From NCBI GenBank assembly GCA_903911145.1, contig CAIWCD010000014.1, forward strand, positions 1-64,000: a DNA stretch of 64,000 nucleotides, in the 5' to 3' direction. This DNA is from an uncultured delta proteobacterium (lineage in GTDB: Bacteria; Myxococcota; Myxococcia; Myxococcales; 40CM-4-68-19). The notes beneath the pieces are model-generated. The model had not been told where the DNA came from and ran no database searches. It saw nothing but the letters and a program-made list of their open reading frames with translations. The position numbers were made by a program, and so were the translations under genes. Shown here in pieces: positions 28,734 to 38,258 of the stretch. The stretch's first letter is position 1. Every line of letters begins with the position of its first letter.

Positions 28734-30279
28734 CGTCCTCACCCGGAAGCTGCGGAAGAAACTGCACGACGTGCGCACGCAGCTCGGCGGCCCGTTGCGC
28801 GTCGGCGGCGAACAGGCTCACCGTGTCCTCGCCAAGCAGGTAGTTGTCCGGCGCTCTCCAGCGCGCGACCAGCACCCAGGCTCTCGGCAGCGCGGCGTGA
28901 AAGAGCTTCTCGTGCAGCAGCGCAAACTCGACACCATGACCGCGGATCAGGCCATCGAGCCGTTCGGGCGAAACGTCATGCGCGCGGATCGCGCGGGCGA
29001 CATCGATGCTGGCGAGTCCGGCGAGGTCGAGGATGCGCACGTCGGCGAAATATGCCGCGCAGCCGATGTCATTGAGCGCGAGCGAGCGACCCGGCAACGC
29101 GCCCAGGAACAGACCGACCTGCCGTTGTTGGTCGACGATGTTTCGCATCGCACGCGGAGTGTCGCGCAGTGCTCTCGCTGCGCGGGCCGAAGGCGCAACG
29201 AGCAGCGCGACGAGAGCGAGGAACGCAGCGATCGGCACGAACCGCGTGCGTGCAAAATAGATTCGCAGCTCCTCTGCGTGGTCGAGCGCGGCCGCTCCCA
29301 CGAGCGCGATCGCGAGCGCCAGAAGCCACGCCTCGTAGCGAAAGAACCAGCCGACGCGGGCGAACTGGACGTGAAGCAGCAGCGCAGCACACACGGCCGC
29401 GCAGACGTCGCGCAGCGCCAGCGCCTTCGCCGTGCCAACCCGGTGAAGAAGCGCGACCACGCCTGCGAGTGCGATGAGCGCGGCGACCAGATGGGGCGCG
29501 GATCGCAGCGTCTGCAGGCCTCGCAACAGATGAGGTGCCCCGGCCTTGAGCAGCACCGAATTGGGAAGCGCCTCGGAGCCGTGCGCGATCGAGAAGAGGC
29601 CGAACGCGATGGCCGGAAGCAGCCCGGCCCCTCCGCCGACCAGCGCTGCACGCAGCCGTCCGCGCGCAAGCAGGAGCAGGCTCGCCGGCGCGATCAGCAT
29701 CAGCGACTCATAGCGGCACGCCGACGCCAGCGCCCCGAGCAGCGCAAGCGGCACGAGCGTTCTCTCGTGTTCGAGCAGCACCGCTTCAAGCTCGAAGGCG
29801 TAGGCGATCACCAGCGCGATCTGGAGCGGATGCTCCATCCCCGAGAGGACCAGCGCAGGAAGCGGCGCGAGCAGGACCAGCGCGGCCGCGAGAAGAAAGC
29901 AGAGCATCGCGCGGCGGGGAAAATCGGGACCGCGCATCCATCGCCGCGAGCTGATCGCGACGACGGCGGCGGCGCAGGGGAGTGCGAAGGCAAACGGCAG
30001 CCACTCACGCGGCGCGCGCATCACGATCGTGCCGAGCGTGAGCAGCAGCGTCCAGAGTGGTGACGAACTCGCCGAGGAAAACTCAAACCGCGTCGCGCCC
30101 CAGACGTGATGCAGCGCCAGATTCTTCGCGATGGCGAGGTGGATATACGCGTCGTCGAGGCAGTAGCTGAACTGGCCGCCGGTCAGCTCCATTCCCGCGG
30201 ACGCGGAGAGCCAGGTGACGAGAAGCAGCAGCGCGACCCCTCCCAGCGCGGGCGCGCTCCACGCGGCTTTCTCGAACAT
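28711..30279 (-). CDS. GT-C superfamily polytopic glycosyltransferase-like protein
   Basis: 'LDDAYIHLAIAKNLA', 'SSPLWTLLL', 'SGMEHPL', 'RYE', 'LPNSV..K', 'DIG', 'ILDLAGL'. Confidence 0.75.
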   Translation of the reverse strand: MFEKAAWSAPALGGVALLLLVTWLSASAGMELTGGQFSYCLDDAYIHLAIAKNLALHHVWGATRFEFSSASSSPLWTLLLTLGTIVMRAPREWLPFAFALPCAAAVVAISSRRWMRGPDFPRRAMLCFLLAAALVLLAPLPALVLSGMEHPLQIALVIAYAFELEAVLLEHERTLVPLALLGALASACRYESLMLIAPASLLLLARGRLRAALVGGGAGLLPAIAFGLFSIAHGSEALPNSVLLKAGAPHLLRGLQTLRSAPHLVAALIALAGVVALLHRVGTAKALALRDVCAAVCAALLLHVQFARVGWFFRYEAWLLALAIALVGAAALDHAEELRIYFARTRFVPIAAFLALVALLVAPSARAARALRDTPRAMRNIVDQQRQVGLFLGALPGRSLALNDIGCAAYFADVRILDLAGLASIDVARAIRAHDVSPERLDGLIRGHGVEFALLHEKLFHAALPRAWVLVARWRAPDNYLLGEDTVSLFAADAQRAAELRAHVVQFLPQLPGEDDVWLNPE

Positions 30280-30385
30280 CGCGGTACGGTCGCACGCAAT
30301 CACAGAGGGGGCAACCGACTCGCGCGACCGATTGCGGCGGTCCGCTGCTGCGCCAACAGCCGCTGCTGCCGTGGTGCTTCGTGCG

Positions 30386-31123
30386 TCAGCCGCCGCACGA
30401 CAACCTGGCGGAAAGCTCGGCTGCTGTGCCCTTGAGCGAGAGCCTCGCGAGCGCCTTCTGTTTCGGGAAAATCCCGATGCAATCGCCGCCGCTGAGTCCT
30501 CCATCGGTGCAGAAGCGCGCACCGGCTGTATCAACCCAGTCCGTCGTCATATCCGCAGAGCCCGGCGCATGAACGGGCTCGAGCGAGAAGACGGGCAGAT
30601 GCTGCTCCAACGTCACGAGATGGAGCTGCATCGGTGAATCTTGATGTTGCGCCAAGAGCCGCTGCAGTCGCGGGCAGACGGAGGGCGAAAACGTGGCCAG
30701 CAGAGGGGACGGCTCCTCGGCGTGCGACTGCGCGTCGACTTTGCGGCACTGGTGATTCTCGCAGACGGCCTTGAACTCGCTCGCTGCGCGGACCGCGGGG
30801 CAGTGCGCGTTCTCGCAGTGCGGGTTCATGCAGCGGATGCTCGCGCAATTGTTGTCATGCGCGCGTTTCTGCGCAGCGGTGCTGACATAGGGTTCGGGCG
30901 CGCAGCAGTTGTTGCAGCAGTCTCGGTCGACGGAGATGAGGCAGTCCCCATCGCTCACGCATTCGTCGATGGCTGTGTGCGGTTTGGCGATTGGCCCGTG
31001 GCGCGGCTTCGCCGCGGGAGCGGACTCGGGGGCGCCTCGGCACGCAGCGGAACTGGCACCGATTGCGCAGGCGAGCCCGACCGCGCAGAGCAGGAGAGTT
31101 CTACGAGCGCGGATCGATTTCAC
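30386..31123 (-). CDS. Cys-rich secreted protein / lipoprotein
   Basis: Signal-like N-terminus; 'C.SD.DC...DCC..CC' Cys knot. Confidence 0.6.
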   Translation of the reverse strand: MKSIRARRTLLLCAVGLACAIGASSAACRGAPESAPAAKPRHGPIAKPHTAIDECVSDGDCLISVDRDCCNNCCAPEPYVSTAAQKRAHDNNCASIRCMNPHCENAHCPAVRAASEFKAVCENHQCRKVDAQSHAEEPSPLLATFSPSVCPRLQRLLAQHQDSPMQLHLVTLEQHLPVFSLEPVHAPGSADMTTDWVDTAGARFCTDGGLSGGDCIGIFPKQKALARLSLKGTAAELSARLSCGG

Positions 31124-31253
31124 GTGACCAGTCCCCTCAGGCGCGCAGGAATCGCGACCCGTCTCAACGGCCGCAGATCGAGTAATCTCCCAGAGCGCGT
31201 ATCACAGTTGCGTGCACACCAAAGCGAACGCCAATCCCTCGAGACCAGACACC

Positions 31254-32596
31254 ATGAGTGATTCGAACGACAGCAGCACGCCGCCGCCGCGCATCACTTC
31301 CTTTACGGTCAGCGCCGACGGCTCGTCTCCGAGCGACTCCGCGCAGGTCGAACTCAACGCGCAGGTGACGCTCAAGTGGACGGTCGCCGATGCAGATCGC
31401 GTGCTGCTGGCAGATCCCGCGAAGCAGGCCGAGCAGTCCATCGATGTCTCGGCGGGATTGACCGCCACGGCCGTCGCGTCTCAGGACGTGCAGAACTATT
31501 CGCTGGTCGCGGTAAGCGGGGACGCGAAGTCTGCGCCGTCGACTGTCATGGTGAGCACGCATCCCGCGGGCACCGTCGTCTCCGAGCACGCGTGGGTTAC
31601 GCAGCCTCCTCCTCCGCGCGTCTACACGCCCAGGAAGGTTCCCAATGCGCCGGCGATTTGGCCCGGTGTGCATGCTGCGCTGGCCACTTCGCGCATCGTC
31701 AAATATGACGGCAATCCGGTATCGCCGCTGCCTCTCTGGATGAATGGAGAGGCCGACGTCGACAATACGGTGCCTTCGATCTGTTCCGCCAGCAGCTTGA
31801 GCGCGAATACAGCCAGCGCGAATTCTGGATGGTCGTGGTGCCGGGGACGAGCGAGGTCGCGCCACCCGAGGGAGGCGACCACCACCACACGATGTATGTG
31901 CCGCGCGGCAGCGATGATCCGAACGTCGATGTGATCTCGCCGGAGTTTCGCGCCCGCCTCGATCACGCCTATCAGATGCTCCAGCGCGATGCCGTGCGCT
32001 TCATTGTCATCAGCGGCGGCGCCATCGACTTATATCATCCCGAATATATCGAGGCCAAACGGGGCCGGAAGTATCTGATTGGTCGCTATGCGGGCGGAAA
32101 TGTCAGCTCGGACCTGTGGAACAAGATCATCGTCGATCCCTGGGCGATTCACTCCGAGGTGAATCTGCGCAACGGTGCGGCGATTGCCGCTTTGATGGGG
32201 CTCGACCGCTGCCTGGTCGCGACGACCTACAAGACGCTCAATCCGGCCGATCAAGGATATATGTTCGATCATATGCACAACTATCCGATGGGGGTTGCGC
32301 ATACCTTCACGATCGACGGCCTTTCCGATTCCGGATTCGGTTATCGCCTCGGCGATCTGCAGAAGCTGCCGAAGGGGCCGGACCATCTCTTCGACAACCG
32401 CGGAACCGGGACGCACTTTCCGAGTTCGGCGTTCGTGCATTACGGATTCAATGTCGAAACGCTCGCGAACGACGATCACTGGACGATCGGCGCGGGCGAG
32501 CTGGCGAGCGGGAAGCTGCACGGAATCAAGCCGCTCGAGCAGGCCGAATATGATCGCATTCATTCCTCCTCGGCGAGCCCGGACCAGCCGTCCTAG
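31254..32596 (+). pseudogene. Frameshifted gene: N-terminal beta/Ig-like domain plus YdcF/DUF218-like domain
   Basis: The first frame is protein-like up to ~31765. The second frame is protein-like from 31766 (YGAFDLFRQQLE...) and contains 'RLDHA...IVISGG...EA...IIVDPWAIHSEVNLRN'. Confidence 0.55.
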
Positions 32597-32605
32597 CGGG
32601 ATGTC

Positions 32606-33835
32606 ATGAAATCGATTGACCTCGCAGTGGTGGGCGGCGGTGTGAGCGGACTGGCGCTCGCGTGGAAGGCCGCGTGCGAGGGTCGCAAGGTCGTTCTCTT
32701 CGAGAGCGACGCGCGCGTCGGCGGCTGCCTCCATTCGGAGCGCACGGCGAGCGGCTTCTGGTTCGAGATGGGCGCGCACACGACCTACAACAGCTATGGC
32801 GCATTCCTCGATCTGGTCGTCGGCGGCGGGCTTCAAGACGCGCTGCTCGAGCGAGGGGAAGCTCGCTCGAAGTTCGGATTCCTTCGCGATGGCAACTATC
32901 GTTGGCTGACACCGCCCAGGGTATTGCTCCAGCTCAACTGGCTCGAGGCCGCGCTGTATGCGCCTCGCGCCGCGTTTCGCGCGAAGGGCGAGCGGTCGGT
33001 CGCCGAGCATTTCGGCGCGTTTGTCGGCGCGGGAAACTTCAAGCGCGTGCTCTCGCCGTTTCTCTCCGCCGTGCCGTCGCAGCTCGCCGACAGCTTTCCC
33101 GCAGAGGGCGCGGGCTCGCTCTTCAAGACCCGGCCGCGCCGCAAAGAGTTCATCCGCTCGTTCGGATTCGAGGGCGGATTGCAGCGCGTCTGCGACGCGG
33201 TCGCGGCGACGCCCGGAATCACCATCGAGCGCAAAGCCGCGGTGCGCGCGGTCGGGAAGCATGCAGAAGGTTTCTCGATTGAACTCGAGAGCGGCCGCTC
33301 CTTCGTTTCTCGCCTCTGCGCGATGGCCGCGCCGCTCCAGGTCGCGGGCCGCGTTCTGCGCGCCGATTTTCCGCAACTCGCCGACGCGCTCGCGGCGATC
33401 AAGGCAGTCGCGGTCGACAGCGTGGGAGTCGTTCTCCCGCGGGAGCAGGCCTGGTTACCGGCGTGCGCGTTCCTCGTCCCGGTCGACGATTCGTTCTTCT
33501 CCTGCGTGACCCGCGACGCATTTCCTGACGAGAAGTTCCGCGCGTTCACGTTTCACTTTCGCCCCGGCCTCACGCGCGAGGCGCGCCTGGCAAGGGTTTG
33601 CGAGATCCTTCGCGTGGAGCAGAGCGCGTTCCTCCATCTCGCGGAAAAGCAGATCACGCTGCCCGCACCGACGGTCGGTCACGCAGGCCGCGTCGCCGCG
33701 ATCGATCGTGCGCTCGCCGGCACGTCGCTCGCCGTCACGGGCAACTACTTCGATGGTCTCGCCATCGAGGATTGCGTGCTGCGCTCGTTCAGCGAGTGGC
33801 AGCGCATCAGCGGTGCGCTCATCGCGCCCGCATAG
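32606..33835 (+). CDS. FAD-dependent oxidoreductase, protoporphyrinogen oxidase (HemY)-like
   Basis: GGGVSG, 'E...RVGG', 'FEMGAH', C-terminal 'GNYFDGLAIEDCV'. Confidence 0.85.
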   Translation: MKSIDLAVVGGGVSGLALAWKAACEGRKVVLFESDARVGGCLHSERTASGFWFEMGAHTTYNSYGAFLDLVVGGGLQDALLERGEARSKFGFLRDGNYRWLTPPRVLLQLNWLEAALYAPRAAFRAKGERSVAEHFGAFVGAGNFKRVLSPFLSAVPSQLADSFPAEGAGSLFKTRPRRKEFIRSFGFEGGLQRVCDAVAATPGITIERKAAVRAVGKHAEGFSIELESGRSFVSRLCAMAAPLQVAGRVLRADFPQLADALAAIKAVAVDSVGVVLPREQAWLPACAFLVPVDDSFFSCVTRDAFPDEKFRAFTFHFRPGLTREARLARVCEILRVEQSAFLHLAEKQITLPAPTVGHAGRVAAIDRALAGTSLAVTGNYFDGLAIEDCVLRSFSEWQRISGALIAPA

Positions 33836-33890
33836 ACGGTGCGCGGCAGATGCTTTGAGTGCAAATGGTATTGCGTTGCGTTCAAACGAT

Positions 33891-34058
33891 CTACGGCGGA
33901 TCCGCCTTCGGCTTCTTCGCGCTCTGGCCGCGCAGCTTGCGCCAGAGATAGGTGATCGGCGCCTCCTCGTGATTGCTCCAGAGCCCGGGGCCCATGAAGA
34001 GCATCACCAGCACGACGATCCCGACGAGGAAGTACCAATCTTCGTTCGAGAGTCCCAT
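33891..34058 (-). CDS. Small single-TM membrane protein (55 aa; below the ORF-track cutoff)
   Basis: MGLSNEDWYFLVGIVVLVMLFMGPGLWSNHEEAPITYLWRKLRGQSAKKPKADPP; co-oriented downstream of the DksA-like gene. Confidence 0.55.
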   Translation of the reverse strand: MGLSNEDWYFLVGIVVLVMLFMGPGLWSNHEEAPITYLWRKLRGQSAKKPKADPP

Positions 34059-34134
34059 GCGCGGAAGAGTTCGCGCCTTTGGCCGCGGATGTCCAGCGTT
34101 CGATCATCCGCGCGCTGCCGCGTGCGCGCAACCG

Positions 34135-34527
34135 CTAGTCGAAGTCGGTGAGCTTCTTGCGCGTCAGCCTTCGCTGCGGATCGCGGAGACCCTGGCACTC
34201 GGTGCAGAGCGAAGCGTAGGGAATCAACTGGAGCCGCTTCGGCGCGACCTCCTCCTCGCACTCTTCGCAGAGCCCGAACATCTCCGGCGACTCCTTCATC
34301 TTGCGCAGGGCGCGATCGATGCGCGCGAGCAGCTCGGCCTTGCCCTTGTTGCGCTGCGAATTGAGGACCTGGAGCATCTCGCTGAGCGCCTGCGCGTCCT
34401 CGTCGACCGTGCTCGCCTGCGACTCGTCGGTCCGGTTCGGCTCGATGCGCGCAGTGCCCTGCGCGATCGTCTCCGCGCGCAGCTTCTTGAGTGCCTTCTC
34501 GAGGGCGCGCAACTTGGCAGTCGTCAC
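34135..34527 (-). CDS. TraR/DksA family C4 zinc-finger protein
   Basis: Coiled coil with DEDAQA; 'IDRALRKM...FGLCEEC...RL..IPYA.LC..CQ'. Confidence 0.9.
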   Translation of the reverse strand: MTTAKLRALEKALKKLRAETIAQGTARIEPNRTDESQASTVDEDAQALSEMLQVLNSQRNKGKAELLARIDRALRKMKESPEMFGLCEECEEEVAPKRLQLIPYASLCTECQGLRDPQRRLTRKKLTDFD

Positions 34528-34530
34528 GGG

Positions 34531-35085
34531 TCAAGACGTAGCATGGGCGCTCGGATCCGCGCGAGGCTGCGTGGCGCGGTACGCTTGAAGCCACTCGTTG
34601 AGCCGCGCTGCGAGCGCGTCGTGCGTCATGCCGTAGCGCCCGGGAATGACTCCCTCCGTCACCGCGAGTGCGCGCGCGAGTGCGTTCGTCTGGAAGGCAG
34701 AGTTGATGTGAGCGGCGTAGCGGATCCGGACCATCTTCGTGCTGCGTGCGCCCAGCTTTCCCGCCGAGTAGACAAGCTCGCCCGGATAGAAATCGTGCAC
34801 GTCGTTCCAGTTCGTGAACGTCGGGCGGAAGAGCGCGCAGAGGACGAATCCGTCGCTGCGCAACTCGAGGAAGTTGGCACCGGGGAGCGCGCTGACGAGG
34901 AAGAAGACGCCGCCCACCCCGAAGAATCCGAGACCGACCCGCATGACGATGTCGCCAGGCTGCATCGCCCAGAAGCCCGCGAAGCAGAACGCGAAGCAGC
35001 CGAGAGCGTAGAGCAGTGCCTGCCAGACGCTCTGGCGCAGGCGCAGCGGCGCGGTCAGCACGGGAGACGCGAGCGTGTGGGGCAC
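34531..35085 (-). CDS. Hypothetical membrane protein (2 TM plus PH-like domain)
   Basis: GTG after AAGGA; two hydrophobic helices followed by 'LEL..DGF...W.DV'. Confidence 0.65.
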   Translation of the reverse strand: MPHTLASPVLTAPLRLRQSVWQALLYALGCFAFCFAGFWAMQPGDIVMRVGLGFFGVGGVFFLVSALPGANFLELRSDGFVLCALFRPTFTNWNDVHDFYPGELVYSAGKLGARSTKMVRIRYAAHINSAFQTNALARALAVTEGVIPGRYGMTHDALAARLNEWLQAYRATQPRADPSAHATS

Positions 35086-35229
35086 GAAGAGATCCTTGCC
35101 GTGGACCGACTCCGCTCGCAAGAGGGCGCGCGATCGAGTGAGCACCGGTTGACGAAGCCCCTGCTGACACTCGAAACTGTTCTGTCGCGCGCCGTTCGCG
35201 CTCCAGCTCCAGGCCACTCGGAGGTTCTT

Positions 35230-38200
35230 GTGTCCGCTTCATCGCGCCCGCTCGCCGCGCGCATCATCATCTCTGTTCTCGCGCTCGCTGCCTGCGCCAA
35301 GACTGTCCCGGTTCCCGGCGGTCTCGGCGATCCCTGCCTCGTGAACACCGACTGCGCGACCGGATTCGTCTGCGGCGGCGGGATCTGCGCGCTCCCGGCA
35401 AATCTCGGCGGCTGCTCGCCGGGACGCACGCGATGCAATGGCGACGACGTCGAGAAATGCGCGGCCGGCGGCGAGACGTGGGAACTCGTCAGCACCTGCG
35501 CGACGGGTTGCATCGCGGGAGGCTGTGCACCGCAGGTCTGCACGCCGAACACGCTGCGCTGCGAGGGGGACGCATCCGAGGAGTGCACGCCTTCGGGCAA
35601 CGCGTGGGCGTTTGTGCAGGAGTGCCAGAGCCACTGCACGGCTGCGACCGGATTGTGCAAGGCGCCGATCTGCACGCCGTTCGCGACCACCTGCAGCGCG
35701 GATGGACTGTCGGTGCTGACGTGCGACTCGTTCGGTGCGGCCCAGGCGAGCGTTGCGTGCGCCGGCGGGCAGACCTGCTCGAACGGCCAATGCCAGACAG
35801 TTGTCTGTTCGGCCGGCGCAGTGCGATGCGCGAGTGGAAATGCCTCGACGGAGATCTGCAACGCGGCAGGAAATGGCTGGGGCGCCGGACAGTCCTGTCC
35901 CTACAACTGCGGCGGTTCTCCGGGCAGCGCGGCCTGCCTCGCTCCGGCCTGCACCGCTGGCGACACCCGCTGCTCGCCTTCGTCTCCATCGGCGCTCGAG
36001 CAGTGCCTGCCAGGCGAGACCGGTTGGGCCTTCGAGAACTTCTGCTCGACCGGTTGCGCCGCCTCCGACGCACACACTGCAGCGTGCAACCCACTCGTCT
36101 GCGCGCCGCTCGCACGTCGCTGTGAATCGGATGCACTGCACGTCGACACCTGCAGCCCACTCGGCACCGAATGGAATCTGACCGACACCTGTCCGCAGGG
36201 CTGCCTCGCCGGCCAATGCATCACCAACTCTGCGGGCTGCACGCCGGGCGAACTGCGCTGCAACGGACTCGACACGCAGAGCTGCGCGAACGTGCCCGAC
36301 GCACCGGGCGTGACGGCGTGGAACACATCGGGCACCTGCCTCTCCGGCTGCGTCTCGGGCGCCTGTCTCCCCGGTGGCTCCTGCGCCGCGTTCACACTCG
36401 AGGTCGGCGCGCCACTCTCGGACGCGGGCATCCCGACCGCCCCCGGCGACGGTGTCAGCACCGTGCTCGTCTACAGCGATCCGATCCATGGCACCGACGG
36501 CTCGCTCCTCCCCGATGGCACGCTCTTCACCGTCTCCGCGACGCAGGTGTCTGGCGCGATCGGCCGCGGCGCGATCTCTCTCGTGCTCCCCACGGCCGAC
36601 GCCGATCCCGTCACGCCCGGCACGCAGGTCGCGAGCAGCGCGGGACGCATCCGCTTCAGTGTCCCCGCGAGCGCGCTGGGGGCCGGCGCGAAGGCGACCG
36701 TCGCGGTGACGGCCCAGCTGGCAGAGGGCGGCTCTTGCGCGACGAGCAGCTCCTTCGTGCTCGATCAAACCCTGACTGGAACGTCAGTTCTTGTCGCCGA
36801 AGACTTCTCGACCACGACCTTCCGCGACCCGGTGAGCACGACGGCAAACTGGAGCACGACGCAGCAGATGCTCGGCGGCGCCTGGCCGGACGCGATCGGC
36901 AACGGGGGCGACGGCAATCTCGCGGTGACGACCAGCAACAGCCCATACAATCTTGCGACCAGCGGCTACGCGCCGTCGTTCGCGGTGCTCGGCCTCGCGG
37001 CGCAGAGCGCAGTCGTCGATGGCCCAGCGCAGGGACTCTCGGGCGGCGACGAAGTGATCCTCTGGGATGCGCAGGGCTCCGCGTCCGGCGCGGGCAATGC
37101 AGGCGTCTACGAAATGCTGACCATCCAGTCAGTCATTGGTTCGACGGTGACGTTTACGACTTCCGTGCAGAACAGCTACGGCGCGGCGGCCGATCAGGAT
37201 GTCGCGGCCCAGCATGTCGTCCTGCAGCGCGTGCCGCACTTCGCGACCCTCTCGGTGACGAGCGGTTCGACGCTCACCACCAGCGCGTGGGACGGCACCC
37301 GCGGCGGCCTCATCTTCCTTCGCGCCACCAGGATCATCCTCGGTGGCGCACCGACCGGGACGAACCCGGCGCTCATCGATGTCAGCGGGCTCGGCTTTCG
37401 CGGCGGAATCGGCGGAGCCGCGCCCAGCGCGGGCGAGGACGCCACGGGGCTTGCTGGATTCGACGCTCCGGGCGGCGGCGCGGGCGCGGCAGGCGTGCCC
37501 GGCAGCGGAGGCAGCTACGGCACGCTCGGCTCCGGCGCGTCGCCCGGCGGAATCTACGGAACGCGACTCCTCGGAAAGCTCTTCCTCGGTGCAGGCGGCG
37601 GCGGCACGTCCTCGGGCAACGCAGGCGCGGCGGGCGGCGGCGCGGCCGTCATCTTCGCCGGACAGATCGACTTCACCAGCAACGGCGTCACAGTCGGACA
37701 GGTTCGCGCCAACGGCGTGAGCGGCAGCAGCTCGGGCTCCGGCGCGGGCGGCACGATCTGGATTGGCGCCCCCTCGATGACGGCAGGCCCCGGCACGTCA
37801 CCGGGCACGGCTCCTCTCGCATTCGCGCAAGGCGGCACCAGCGGAACTCCTGGTGGCGCGGGCCGCGTGCGCGTCGACGCCGAGTCGCTTGACTCGCCCG
37901 GATTCGGCGCAGGCGTCAGCTGCTCGCGCGCAACCCCCTCGTGCGCGTTCGGTCAACTCGGCGCGGTTCAAGGCCAGTCTCTCGCGGCCTTCACCGTCTC
38001 GGGCGGCGAGAGCATCGTCAACCAGGCGGCGCTCCTCCTCGCTCTCGACGCGCCCGCGTCGGCGACGTTCGCGGCCTCTGCGAGTGGCAGCTCCGGCTTC
38101 GGCACCGTCTCTCTTTCTGCTCCGCTTACGTTCACGCCCACGGGCGCGTCGCCGGTCGGCCCCACCTTCCGCTGGCGCGCGCAACTGGCGCCTGATGCAA

Positions 38201-38253
38201 CGCACGGGGTGAGCGCGGTTCGCGGCCTCCAGTGGCAGCTGCAGGTCAAGTGA
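35230..38253 (+). CDS. Large Cys-rich repeat / invasin-like / Gly-rich surface lipoprotein (paralog A)
   Basis: GTG after GGAGG; lipobox LAAC; 'C.PG..RC.G...E.C...G..W....C..GC..G.C' repeats; 'ADADP.TPG.QV'; Gly-rich C-terminal region. The track's longer start at 33973 overlaps real minus-strand genes. Confidence 0.8.
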   Translation: MSASSRPLAARIIISVLALAACAKTVPVPGGLGDPCLVNTDCATGFVCGGGICALPANLGGCSPGRTRCNGDDVEKCAAGGETWELVSTCATGCIAGGCAPQVCTPNTLRCEGDASEECTPSGNAWAFVQECQSHCTAATGLCKAPICTPFATTCSADGLSVLTCDSFGAAQASVACAGGQTCSNGQCQTVVCSAGAVRCASGNASTEICNAAGNGWGAGQSCPYNCGGSPGSAACLAPACTAGDTRCSPSSPSALEQCLPGETGWAFENFCSTGCAASDAHTAACNPLVCAPLARRCESDALHVDTCSPLGTEWNLTDTCPQGCLAGQCITNSAGCTPGELRCNGLDTQSCANVPDAPGVTAWNTSGTCLSGCVSGACLPGGSCAAFTLEVGAPLSDAGIPTAPGDGVSTVLVYSDPIHGTDGSLLPDGTLFTVSATQVSGAIGRGAISLVLPTADADPVTPGTQVASSAGRIRFSVPASALGAGAKATVAVTAQLAEGGSCATSSSFVLDQTLTGTSVLVAEDFSTTTFRDPVSTTANWSTTQQMLGGAWPDAIGNGGDGNLAVTTSNSPYNLATSGYAPSFAVLGLAAQSAVVDGPAQGLSGGDEVILWDAQGSASGAGNAGVYEMLTIQSVIGSTVTFTTSVQNSYGAAADQDVAAQHVVLQRVPHFATLSVTSGSTLTTSAWDGTRGGLIFLRATRIILGGAPTGTNPALIDVSGLGFRGGIGGAAPSAGEDATGLAGFDAPGGGAGAAGVPGSGGSYGTLGSGASPGGIYGTRLLGKLFLGAGGGGTSSGNAGAAGGGAAVIFAGQIDFTSNGVTVGQVRANGVSGSSSGSGAGGTIWIGAPSMTAGPGTSPGTAPLAFAQGGTSGTPGGAGRVRVDAESLDSPGFGAGVSCSRATPSCAFGQLGAVQGQSLAAFTVSGGESIVNQAALLLALDAPASATFAASASGSSGFGTVSLSAPLTFTPTGASPVGPTFRWRAQLAPDATHGVSAVRGLQWQLQVK

Positions 38254-38258
38254 CGCTC

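Noticed and set aside
33973..35229. N-terminal extension of the 1426-aa ORF
   Set aside because: It is the antisense shadow of the DksA-like gene and its neighbours; the real start has an RBS and lipobox at 35230.
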